Source: an uncultured Chloroflexia bacterium
GTDB taxonomy: Bacteria; Chloroflexota; Limnocylindria; Limnocylindrales; CSP1-4
Direction of reading: 5' to 3'
Assembly (NCBI GenBank): GCA_963817745.1
Contig: CAWFPC010000008.1
Location: forward strand, 432-64,431
Length of the DNA stretch: 64,000 bases
Shown here: positions 44,641 to 59,735 of the stretch, in pieces
Position numbering within the stretch: position 1 is the first letter of the stretch
Layout of the letters: the number at the start of each line of letters is the position of its first letter
Notes under the pieces: generated by a model
What the model saw: the letters and a program-made list of their open reading frames with translations, nothing else
Told to the model about the DNA's origin: nothing
The model's database searches: none
Position numbers and translations under genes: made by a program

Positions 44641-45908
44641 TCAGACGAGGTAGCGGGCGTAGACGTAGACCGTCGCGATCACCAGCGTCACGAGCGTGAC
44701 CGGAACCCCATAAGCGCAGGAAATGCTGGAACGTGATCGGGTTCCCGGATCGATCGGCGACATTGGCGACGACGACGTTGGCCGAGGCGCCGACGATGGT
44801 CGCGTTACCCCCGAAGCAGGCCCCGAGGGCGAGCGCCCACCACAACGGCTCGATCGGGATGCCGGCGGCACCCAGCTCCTGGACCACCGGGATCATCGTC
44901 GCGGTGTACGGGATGTTGTCGATGATCGCGGAGGCGATGCCACTCAGCCAGATGAGGCCGATCGTCGTCACCACCGGGTCCCCGCCGGTCAACGCGATCA
45001 GGCCATCTGCCACGGCATTCACGATCCCGACATGCACGATCGCCTGGACGAGCATGAAGAGGCCGACGAAGAAGAAGAGGGTCGCCCACTCGACCTCGCG
45101 CGAGGACCTTTTCGGCGTGGGACCGGGTCAACAGCATCAGGACCGCAGCCCCGAGCAGGGCGATCGCCCCTGCCTCCAGGCCGAGAGGCGTCGCCAGGAG
45201 GAATCCAGCGACCGTGAGGCCGCTCACCGCGAGGCTCAAGCGCATCAGCGCCGGATCCGTGATGAAGGCGCGCTCGTCGAGGGCCAGGACGCTCGCCCGT
45301 ACCGTCGGGTCGACGGTGAGGTCACCACGGAAGAAGAGTCGCGTCATCGCGAGAAAGACGAGCAGCGCGAGCGTGGCCACCGGCGCCATGTGGATCAGGA
45401 AGTCGTCGAACCCCAGGCCCGCGGCGGAGCCGATGAGGATGTTCGGCGGGTCGCCGATCAGGGTGGCGGCGCCACCGATGTTCGCGGCGAGGATCTCGCT
45501 GATGAGGAACGGCAGCGGCGAGACGCGCAGGACATTCGCGACGTACAGGGTCACCGGCGCGATGAGCACGACGGTCGTGACGTTGTCGAGGAAGGCGGAC
45601 AGCACGGCGCAGACCAGGCTGAGGATCAAGAGCAGGCGGTATGGCTCGCCGCGAGCGGCCTTGGCCGACCGGATCGCCAGCCATTGGAAGAAGCCGGTCT
45701 GCCGGAGGATCCCGGCCAGGATCATCATCCCTGCGAGCAGGAAGATGACATTCAGGTCGATCGCCCCGAAGGCCTCGTGCTGATCGATGATGCCGAGGAC
45801 GACCACGAGCGAGCCGCCCAGCAACGCGGCCACGGTCTTGTCGACACGCTCCGTCGCGATGAGGGCGTACGTGACGAGGAAGATGAGCCCGGCGAGCGCG
45901 ACCTCCAC
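44641..45908 (-). CDS. ArsB/NhaD (IT superfamily) permease (frameshifted)
   Basis: SAFLDNVTT, ANIGGAATLIGDPPN, SAIIDNIPY, GGNATIVGASAN. Confidence 0.9.
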
Positions 45909-45913
45909 CCGTA

Positions 45914-46417
45914 TCAGGCGTCGTCGGGAATGTCGCCCTCGAGCGCCTCGAGGTAGTGCATCGTGAGTTCGAGCAGATCGAGATAACCCGTCGGCCGGCC
46001 ATCGTCGTCGACGACGTACAGACCCGAGAGATGCCGCGCGTGCATCTTGCGGAACGCGTCATCGACCGTCGCCGTGCCGCTGATGGATGCGACCGGCAGC
46101 ATGATGTCCGCGACACGACGCGCTCCGACCTCGCGTCCAAAGCGTTCGGCCTCGGCCAGGTCCGCCACCCCGGCGAGTAGCGTCTCCGGCGAGACCCGTG
46201 CCACGACAGTCTCCGCCAGGCGTAGCGTCGGCACCACACCGACGAGCACCCCGGCCGGATCCGTGACGCCGATGAGGCGCGTCTCGGGCCTGGCGGTGGC
46301 GAGTCGGACGATCGAGAGCGGGTCCACGTCCTGGTCCACAAGGATGGGCTCGATCGGCAGGTGGCCCATGCACATCGAGACCGGCGTGGACCGTGCGCGC
46401 CGAGTAGCGTCGCTCAT
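45914..46417 (-). CDS. CBS-domain protein
   Basis: Paired CBS repeats (GVTDPAGVLVGVV; LYVVDDDGRPTGYLD); start may be ATG 46372. Confidence 0.8.
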   Translation of the reverse strand: MSDATRRARSTPVSMCMGHLPIEPILVDQDVDPLSIVRLATARPETRLIGVTDPAGVLVGVVPTLRLAETVVARVSPETLLAGVADLAEAERFGREVGARRVADIMLPVASISGTATVDDAFRKMHARHLSGLYVVDDDGRPTGYLDLLELTMHYLEALEGDIPDDA

Positions 46418-46523
46418 CGCGGCGATCGCGACCCGTCCGGATGCGGCTCCGATGACGCGACTCCGTGACGCGGGATCGGGGCGCGGCCCACCACTGGCCG
46501 GGGCCTCTCGACCGCCGAGACGG

Positions 46524-47732
46524 TCACCATTCCACGCGCGTCTGGCGGATGTTGATGCTCTGGAGGATGCCGAGCGCGATGGCCATGCTCACGAGGGACG
46601 CGCCTCCATGAGTGACGAACGGCAGCGGGATGCCGGTGATCGGCATGATCCCCATGACCATCCCGATGTTCACGACGAGCTGGAACAGGATCATCGACGC
46701 GACCCCGGCCGCGAACATCGTCCCGAAGGGATCGCGTGAACGCCAGCCGGCGACGAGGACCCGCCATAGCAGCGCCACGAAGAGCCCGAACAGCACGAGG
46801 CCACCGATGAACCCGAGCTCCTCGGCGAGGATGGCGAACACGAAGTCGGTCGTCTGCACGGGCAGGAAGTCGCCCTGCGCCTGCGTGCCGTTGGTCAGGC
46901 CCTTGCCCATCAGCCCACCGGCCCCGACCGCGATCTGCGACTGGTACAGCTGGTAGCCCGCGCCCTGGATGTCCGGTGTCGGGTTGAGGAACGAGGTCAG
47001 CCGCTCCTTCTGGTAGTCGCGCAGGATGTAGGTCCACGCGATCGGGATCATCGCGATGACGACCGCTGCCAGCGCGGCGAGCCAGCGGATGCTCGCACCC
47101 GACATCCAGAGCATCCCGGCGAGGATCGCGAGGAACACGAGCGACGTTCCGAGGTCCGGCTGGAGCATGACGAGGATCCACGGCGGACCGACGAGCAGGC
47201 ACGCGCCGAGGATCGTGCCGATCCGGTCGAGGCGCGCCTGGTTCGCGGCGAGGTACGTGGCAAGCACGCTGATCATCAGGACCTTGGCGAGCTCGCTGAA
47301 CTGGAACGTGAACGGCCCGATCGAGATCCAGCGCGCGGAGTTGCCGACGCCGTCGCCGATGAGCAGCGTCAGGGCCAGCAGGCCCAGCTGCAGGCCGTAG
47401 ACGGGCCACGCCAGCGTCGTCAGCCAGTGGTAGTCGAAGGCGGTCGCGACGATGAACGCCGCCACGGCGATCGCCGCCCACATCAGGCCGCGGGTGAACA
47501 CCGTCCCGGCGTCGAGTGGCGTGGTCCCGGTCTCGACGCTGTTCGTGTACGCCATCACGAGGCCGATCGCGGCAAGCAACCCGGCGTACGTCGCGAGCTG
47601 GAGGTCGAAGGCGCGCCAGGCGGCCCCGACCGATCGCGCGGCCCAATCGGTGACGCGGGCCGGCTCGGCCCGGATGACGCCCATCAGGCGGGGCTCCGCA
47701 GGTCTGGTGCCGGGGCGCAGGATCGCTCGCAT
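46524..47732 (-). CDS. rodA: Rod shape-determining SEDS glycosyltransferase RodA
   Basis: ARWISIG..FQFSELAK, QPDLGT, GYQLYQS.IAVG.GG, TDFVF...EELG, GIPLPFVTHGG. Confidence 0.95.
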   Translation of the reverse strand: MRAILRPGTRPAEPRLMGVIRAEPARVTDWAARSVGAAWRAFDLQLATYAGLLAAIGLVMAYTNSVETGTTPLDAGTVFTRGLMWAAIAVAAFIVATAFDYHWLTTLAWPVYGLQLGLLALTLLIGDGVGNSARWISIGPFTFQFSELAKVLMISVLATYLAANQARLDRIGTILGACLLVGPPWILVMLQPDLGTSLVFLAILAGMLWMSGASIRWLAALAAVVIAMIPIAWTYILRDYQKERLTSFLNPTPDIQGAGYQLYQSQIAVGAGGLMGKGLTNGTQAQGDFLPVQTTDFVFAILAEELGFIGGLVLFGLFVALLWRVLVAGWRSRDPFGTMFAAGVASMILFQLVVNIGMVMGIMPITGIPLPFVTHGGASLVSMAIALGILQSINIRQTRVEW

Positions 47733-49631
47733 CAGTAGCTCTGGTAGAAGTTGCCGCGATCGAGCAGGTCGTGGTTGCGGTAGTCCTTCTTGATGTCGTA
47801 GTGCAGCTGGTAGAAGTACTTCACGATCTCGGTCGCGGCGTTGCCCTTCGTGCGCGAGTCGTAGGCGAACGCGAGGACCACCAGCTCCGAATTCGCCTTG
47901 TCGAACGATCCGTGCTTCGGGTCCTTGGGGACGAACCCGACGAACCAGGAGTGGTACGGCAGGCGACCCTTCTTGTCGCGCGTCCCGAACTCGGCCGTGC
48001 CCGATTTGCCGGCGATCTTGATCGGCATGTCGACGAGGTTGTAGGTGTGGCGGAGGGTGACGGTCTCGCGAGCGGCGTTGCGCATGGTGCGCAACACGCT
48101 GGCCTTGACGTCCATCTCGCGGATCACCTTCGGCTCGAATGGCCGGATGACCGTCCCATCGGGTCCGACGACCTCGCGCACGATCTGCGGCTGGTACAGC
48201 GTGCCGCCGTTGGCCAGCGCAGCGTAGGCGTTGATGAGCTGCAGCGGCGTCACGACGTCATAGCCCTGGCCGATCCCCGCCTGGTACGTCTCGCCCGGGA
48301 AGATCGGGGCACCGAGCGTGTCCTGCTTCCACTGGTTGGTCGGGACGATCCCGCCGACCTCGCCCGGCAGGTCGATGCCGGTCGGGGCACCGAAGCCGTA
48401 TTCCTTGGCCCACTCGCCAAGGCGATCGATCCCGAGCTTGCCGGCGAGCTGGAAGAAGAACGTGTCGCTCGAGTGACCGAACCCGCAGTAGATGTCGCAC
48501 GGTCCCCAGCCGCGCCGGTTCCATTCGTAGAACTTGGTCGACCCGAGCGTGAGGTAGCCCTTCGTGATCAGGCGGGTCGACGACGTGATCTTCCGATCGG
48601 CCAGGGCGCCCGTGCCGGCCACGAGCTTGTAGGTGGAGCCGGGCGGATAGTGGGCCTGCGTCGCGTGGTTCAGGAGCGGCTGATCCGGGTCGGTGACGAT
48701 CTTCTCGTAATCCTTGTTGCTGATGCCCCGCGCGAAGAGGTTGTTGTCGTAGGTCGGCAGGCTGACCATCGCCAGCACCTCGCCGGTCTGGGGATTCATG
48801 GCGATCACGACGCCGCGCTTCATCCCGATCTTCTTCATCGCCCACTTCAACGCCTTCTCGGCGTCCTTCTGGGCCTGCGTGTCGATGGTCAACGTCAGCG
48901 ACGCCCCGGGCACCGCCTCGTCGACCGTCCGCAGGACCTGCGTGCGACGCCCGCTCGGCGACCGCTGCACGCTCTGCGACCCGTACGTCCCGCGGAGCTC
49001 GGTCTCGTACGTCGACTCGACGCCGGACTTGCCGATGAGGTCGTCGGGCTGATAGCCCTCACTGCGCAGGTCCGGCAATTGCTCGGCCGACACCGGGCCG
49101 GTGTATCCGAGGATCTGGGCCAGCAGCGGGCCGTCGCGGTACGACCGCCGCGCCTCGACGACGACCTCGACGCCCGGGAGGTCGAAACCGGCCTCGGAGA
49201 TGAGCCGCGCCGTCGATTCGTCCACGTCCTGGGCCACGCGGACGAGGTCGAAGGTCGAGCCCGGCGTTGCCGTCGATCGTGGCGTGGATCTCCGACGGAT
49301 CCATGCCGAGCAGGGAGGCGAGCCGGTCGACGACCTCGTCTCGCCGCGGCTCGGGCAGGTCGGCCGGTCGCACCTTGACCGCGAACGTGGCCACGTTGGA
49401 CACGAGCGGGCGCCCGTTGCGATCGACGATCAACCCGCGTGGGGCCGGGATCGGCTCCAGGACCTCGCGCTGCTGCGTCGCAAGGGCGGCGAGCTGGGTG
49501 CCGTTCGCGATCTGGAGGTAGAACAGGCGCGCCGTGAGGGTCCCCACGCCGAGGACGATCACGAGGCCGAACACGAGGAATTGGGAGAAGCGGCGCGCCG
49601 GCAGCGGGCGGCCGTCCAGGTATGGATTCAC
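47732..49631 (-). CDS. mrdA: Penicillin-binding protein 2 (frameshift near 49260)
   Basis: PAPRGLIVDRNG dimerisation domain; PPGSTYK (SxxK), HSSDTFF (SxD variant of SxN), KSGTAE. Confidence 0.95.
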
Positions 49632-50128
49632 CAGTCGACCCGTTCGGCTTCGACGCGGCGGTCGTGCAGCGAGATCGTGAGCGGCCCGATCAGGGCGGCC
49701 AGGACGGCGTCGTAGATCGCGCTGGGTAGGACCGTGCCGATCGGGTCAGCGACTGGGAGCGGGGTGCCGAGCGCACCGAAGGTGAGGAACAGGATCATCG
49801 AGTACCCGAGACTGAGGATGAAGACCGCACCGATCGGGACGATGGGCCGCAAGCGTGCGAAGGAACGTGCCAGGACGGAGGCCCCGCCGACACAGAGAAG
49901 CAACGCGAAGGCCGAAGACCCCAACGGCCGTTGTGCCAACACATCAAGCGCGAGCCCTCCGACGAAGGCCCAGACAAGTCCGGCTTCCAGACCGACCGCG
50001 ATCGTCACGACCACACCCAGGACGAGCACCAGATGCGGTGTCGCGTCCCCGATCCGGAGGTATGGACCAACGGTCAGTTCCAGCAATGCCGTCACCACCG
50101 CACCGACCGCAGCAAGGAGCAGGGTCAT
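49628..50128 (-). CDS. mreD: Rod shape-determining protein MreD
   Basis: PHLVLVL...GLVWAFVGGLALD...PLG; multiple TM helices; directly upstream of mrdA. Confidence 0.88.
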   Translation of the reverse strand: MTLLLAAVGAVVTALLELTVGPYLRIGDATPHLVLVLGVVVTIAVGLEAGLVWAFVGGLALDVLAQRPLGSSAFALLLCVGGASVLARSFARLRPIVPIGAVFILSLGYSMILFLTFGALGTPLPVADPIGTVLPSAIYDAVLAALIGPLTISLHDRRVEAERVDW

Positions 50129-50328
50129 CGTACGGGTCGAATCCTCGGCGAAGCGGCCAAAGGTCGCGCGCCCAGCTGCCCGGCTCTCGACGACCGAAAC
50201 GGCGGCGACGTCTGCGCCGGAGTATCCCACGGACCGACCGGAACCGGCAACGGTCCGGTACGAACGTCCCGGGGAAGCCGCTCGTGGCGCGCCCGCGGTC
50301 GATGATATGCCCGGGATGGCGGCGCGCG

Positions 50329-50344
50329 TGTTTCACGTGGAACG
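50329..50344. promoter_or_regulatory. parS site 1
   Basis: TGTTTCACGTGGAACG versus the consensus TGTTTCACGTGAAACA; upstream of parAB. Confidence 0.88.
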
Positions 50345-50422
50345 GCGCCCCGCCGACGTGATTCGCGCACGACCCGTCGGCTTCGGTCGGTGGATCGTCG
50401 ACGCTCGATCCGGGGCCCGGCC

Positions 50423-50438
50423 CGTTTCACGTGAAACA
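50423..50438. promoter_or_regulatory. parS site 2
   Basis: CGTTTCACGTGAAACA, 15/16 match to the consensus. Confidence 0.92.
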
Positions 50439-50553
50439 CCGATCGCACAGCGTGATCCCCGATACGTCACGGGTGAGTGGGACGAGCGTGGCAGCTACGT
50501 TCGATCGAGCATCCTCACCGCCCCGCCCGCACAAGAGGAAGAAGGCCGTCTGG

Positions 50554-50562
50554 TGGTAGAAT
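50554..50562 (+). promoter_or_regulatory. Extended -10 promoter of parA operon
   Basis: TG-G-TAGAAT, 27 nt before the parA start. Confidence 0.55.
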
Positions 50563-50589
50563 CGGTATCCGTGAGAGCCCTTCGAGCCA

Positions 50590-51413
50590 TTGACTGACGT
50601 GGGCCGCACGATCGCCTGTGCAAACCAGAAAGGCGGCGTCGGCAAGACCACGACGGTGGTGAACCTGGCGAGCTATCTCGCGCTCGAGGGAGACCGCGTG
50701 CTCGTGGTGGACCTCGATCCGCAGGGAAACGCGACGAGCGGTCTCGGTATCGACCGCTCAAGCCTGGAACGGTCCGTCTACGACGCGGTCGTCGATGGAC
50801 AGCCACTCGAGGGACTCATCTCGCGTACGGCCGCCGCCGGTGTCGACCTCGTCCCATCGACGATCGCGCTCGCCGGCGCCGAGGTCGAGCTCGCGACCGC
50901 CGCCTCGCGTGAACGACGCATGCGCCGCCTCATCGAACCGATCGCCGCCGACTACGACGTGATCTTCATCGACAGCCCGCCATCGCTCGGTCTCCTGACC
51001 GTCAACGCATTGACCGCAGCCGATGGCGTGCTCATCCCGCTCCAGTGTGAGTACTACGCCCTCGAGGGATTGACCCAGTTGCTCGCCACCATCGATCTCG
51101 TTCGCAACCACCTGCACCCGGAACTGGCGCTCGACGGCGTCGTGCTGACCATGGCCGATGCCCGAACCAGGCTGTCCGCCGACGTCGCCGCCGAGGCCCG
51201 CCGCCACCTTGGCGCCACCGTGTACGACACCGTCATCCCACGGAGCGTCCGCCTCTCCGAGGCGCCGAGCCACGGGCTGCCCATCTCGACGTACGCGCCT
51301 GATTCGCGCGGCGCGGAGGCGTACAAGGCGTTCGCCGCCGAGTTCCGCGCACGGCAGCAGCGGCGACATCCGTCCACGCCAACCCTCGAGGAGATCGACG
51401 TGATGGTGGCCTC

Positions 51414-51417
<4 letters not shown>
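50590..51417 (+). CDS. parA: Chromosome partitioning ATPase ParA/Soj
   Basis: ANQKGGVGKTTT, DLDPQGNATSGLG, DSPPSLG, PLQCEYYALEG, IPRSVRLSEAPS. Confidence 0.97.
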
Positions 51418-54235
<2,818 letters not shown>

Positions 54236-54242
54236 GGTCCGC

Positions 54243-54743
54243 GTGATCGATGCACCCGGGGTGCCTCGCTTCGAGGTCGCTCCCCACCGGTGCTTCGCCT
54301 GCGGCACGCTCAACACGTCCGGCATGGGTCTCGTCCTGCATGTCGAGCCCGATCGCTGCTGGACAGAGCTCACGCTCGAGGACCGCTTCGAGGGCTGGGA
54401 GGGGATCGCCCACGGCGGCATCCTGTGCACGATCCTCGACGAGGTCATGGCCTGGTCGCTGGTCGGCCAGGACAACTGGGGCGTGACGGCCCGGATGAGC
54501 GTCGAGTTCAAGAAGCCGGTGCCCATCGGCGCGCCGATCCGCGCGGAAGGGTGGATCACGCGACCGCGGCGACGCCTCGTCGAGGCCGCTGCCCACATCG
54601 TCGACGCGGGCACGGGCCAGGTGCTGGCCACCGCCACGGGCCTGTACGTCGCCGCCGACGAGGCTCGCAAGCAGGTCCTCCGCGACCGCTACGGCTTCGT
54701 GCCCCTGGACGGCCGGGCGCCCGCCACGGCCCGGGTCAGATGA
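54243..54743 (+). CDS. PaaI-family (hotdog fold) thioesterase
   Basis: CFACG..N..G, EGWEGIAHGGILCTILDEVM, VTARMSVEFKKPVP. Confidence 0.9.
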   Translation: MIDAPGVPRFEVAPHRCFACGTLNTSGMGLVLHVEPDRCWTELTLEDRFEGWEGIAHGGILCTILDEVMAWSLVGQDNWGVTARMSVEFKKPVPIGAPIRAEGWITRPRRRLVEAAAHIVDAGTGQVLATATGLYVAADEARKQVLRDRYGFVPLDGRAPATARVR

Positions 54744-55718
54744 CGCTTCCAGCCGTGCGCGACGCGAGCCCGACGACGCAGCGTGCCGTCGCGTTCGTGG
54801 CGGCCCGCAAACCGGACGCCGAGGCCCTCGGCGCCGCGCTCGCGGACCAGGTCGGCGACCCGGACGCGTTCGCGGCAGCCCTCCGCCACGGTCTCGAGGG
54901 CCTCGCCGATCCCGAGTATCGCGAGGGCATGCGCTCCGTCGCCCCCGGCATCGGCCTGGTGCATGGCGTGCGTCGACCGTTGCTCGCCGCGATCGCCCGG
55001 GGGTTCCGCCAGCAGACCAGGCAGGATCGGCCGACGACGTTGTTGTTCCTCGCCGATCGCCTGTTCCAGGAACCGCATCTCGAGGCCCGCTGGTTCGCGT
55101 TCGGTCTGCTCGAGCGGACGCTGGCCGTCGATCCGGAGCGCACGTGGCAGCTCCTGCGCCGCGCGGCGCGCGAGGCGGGCGATTGGGTCACCGTCGACGA
55201 CCTGGCGCACCCCTACGGGATCGGGATCGCCGCGGAGTCGTACCGCTGGGCCGAGCTCGAACAGCTCGTCTACTCGCCGTCGCGCTGGGAACGACGGCTC
55301 ATCGGCTCGACGATCGCGACGATGACCCACGGCAACCGGCACACGGGGCGAGGGCGCGGACGTCGTGCCACGATCCCTGGCCCTGCTCGACGAGCTGATG
55401 GGGGACGCCGAGCCGGACGTCCAGAAGGCGCTCGCCTGGGCGTATCGATCGCTCGCGGCCCACGATCGCGTCGCCGTGACCACGGCCCTCCGACAGCAGA
55501 CCGACCTCGCCGTGGCGGGCGCCGACGGCCACCGCGCGTGGGTCGTCCGCGACAGCCTCGCCAAGCTCGACCCCGATGACGCCCGGGAGCTGCGCGATCG
55601 CCTCGCCGGCATCCGCAAGCGCAGCGGGGCGCCCTCGACCTCGGAGGCCGCGACCACGGCCAGCCGGTTCGGCGGGTTGCCCGACCCGCTCGACCATCCC
55701 GAACCACCGCTCGCGTAG
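54740..55718 (+). CDS. AlkD-like HEAT-repeat DNA alkylation repair family protein (frameshift near 55360)
   Basis: VHGVRRP, EAR, DWVTVDDLA, SRWERR, DVQKALAWA; family-level resemblance only. Confidence 0.7.
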
Positions 55719-55734
55719 CCAGGAGTAGGACAGC

Positions 55735-58300
<2,566 letters not shown>

Positions 58301-58315
58301 TCCCATGACGAACCG

Positions 58316-59428
58316 TTGATGTTCATGGGCGGACGGGAGGCGGCGTCGTTGTACGCGGACCAGTTCGAGGTCTACCACGGCAACGCCAACCCCGAGTTGG
58401 CGCGCAAGATCGCGCGCTACCTCGGCATGGAGCCGGGCAAGGCCGAGGTGTTCCAGTTCGCCAACGAGAACATCTTCGTCAAGATCCTCGACAACGTCCG
58501 CGAGAAGGACGTGTTCGTCGTCCAGCCGACCTCCCATCCGGTCAACCAGTCGATCATGGAACTCCTGATCATGATCGACGCGTTCAAGCGGGCGTCGGCC
58601 GGCCGGATCACCGCGGTCATCCCGTTCTACGCCTACGGGCGGTCCGACAAGAAGGACCAGCCACGCGTCCCGATCACCGCCCGGCTCATCGCCGACATGA
58701 TCACCGTCGCCGGCGCCGACCGGGTCCTGTCGATGGACCTCCACCAGGGCCAGATCCAGGGCTTCTTCAACATCCCGGTCGATGAGCTGACCGCGGTCCA
58801 CATGTTGTCGCGCTACTTCATCGACAAGCATCTCGACGACGTCGTCGTCGTCACGGACCTCGGCTTCGCGAAGCGTGCGCGGGCATTCGCCGAGCTCCTC
58901 GAGGCGCCGCTGGCGATCATCGAGAAGCGGCGCGTCGGCAACCTCGACCGGGCCGAGCTCATGAACGTCATCGGCGACGTGAAGGGCCGGCGGGCGATCA
59001 TCGTCGACGACGAGATCGACACGGCGGGCACGCTCATCGAGGTCGTCCGCGCGCTCGAGCGCGAGGGCGTGACCGAGATGTACGCCTGCGCGACGCACGG
59101 CGTCCTGAGCGACCCCGCGGTCGAACGCATCCGCGACAGCGCGCTGCGGGAAGTCGTCATCACCGACTCGGTGCCGCTGCCGCCGTCCAAGCGCCTGCCC
59201 AAGATCACGACGCTGTCGGTCGCGCCGCTCATCGGCGAGGCGATCAAGCGCATCCACCGCGGCGAATCGGTCGGCGCCCTGTTCTCGAGCGAGGTCTCCT
59301 TCACCCAGGAGATGCTGCTCTGGGAGGAGGGCGACGAAGGCGGTCCCCAGCTCGGGGGCGGCGAGCCCGACGACGGGGAGCCGGTCATAGCCACGCTCGC
59401 GACGGCCGTACCGTCGGGCGACCGATGA
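58316..59428 (+). CDS. prs: Ribose-phosphate pyrophosphokinase
   Basis: FANENIFV, AVIPFYAYGRSDKK, DLHQGQIQGFF, IVDDEIDTAGT, ATHG; acidic C-terminal tail. Confidence 0.97.
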   Translation: MMFMGGREAASLYADQFEVYHGNANPELARKIARYLGMEPGKAEVFQFANENIFVKILDNVREKDVFVVQPTSHPVNQSIMELLIMIDAFKRASAGRITAVIPFYAYGRSDKKDQPRVPITARLIADMITVAGADRVLSMDLHQGQIQGFFNIPVDELTAVHMLSRYFIDKHLDDVVVVTDLGFAKRARAFAELLEAPLAIIEKRRVGNLDRAELMNVIGDVKGRRAIIVDDEIDTAGTLIEVVRALEREGVTEMYACATHGVLSDPAVERIRDSALREVVITDSVPLPPSKRLPKITTLSVAPLIGEAIKRIHRGESVGALFSSEVSFTQEMLLWEEGDEGGPQLGGGEPDDGEPVIATLATAVPSGDR

Positions 59429-59677
59429 CACTCCAGCTGCACCGACCCGACGGCGAGGGCGGGGTCGAGCCCCGCCCCGTCGAGGTCGATGACTGGCAGG
59501 ACCAGCTGCGCTCGCCGCGCTGGGGCAGCGGCCTGCGCCGCGGCAAGCTGCCGGCCCTCAAGAACCCGGAGATGAACCCGACATCGCGGTTCCGCTCCGC
59601 GCTCTTCTGGCTGAGCCTCGGCGTATTGACGTTCGTGATCCTCGTCGGCGGGCTACGGCACGGGGTTCTGGGCCTAG
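59425..59677 (+). CDS. Small hypothetical membrane protein (indel near 3' end)
   Basis: ATGA overlap with prs; typical codon usage; C-terminal TM ALFWLSLGVLTFVILVGG; reconstructed end YGTGFWA* at 59677. Confidence 0.55.
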
Positions 59678-59735
59678 CACGCTCGGTCTCGTGCGGGAGG
59701 GTCGCGCGGCGACCTCGCCTATACTTCACCGTCCC

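Noticed and set aside
49628-50128. mreD as a horizontally acquired gene because of lower GC
   Set aside because: Three 60-nt lines counted gave about 63-67% GC, only modestly low; hydrophobic composition and the native operon position explain it adequately.
50129-50589. Replication origin at the strand-switch point
   Set aside because: Gene orientation diverges here, but I found no DnaA boxes (TTATCCACA-like), no AT-rich unwinding element and no dnaA in the window.
54290-55579. Long ORF spanning the thioesterase and AlkD-like genes
   Set aside because: Its first 150 codons are the off-frame reading of the thioesterase; the real start is ATG 54740 overlapping TGA 54743.
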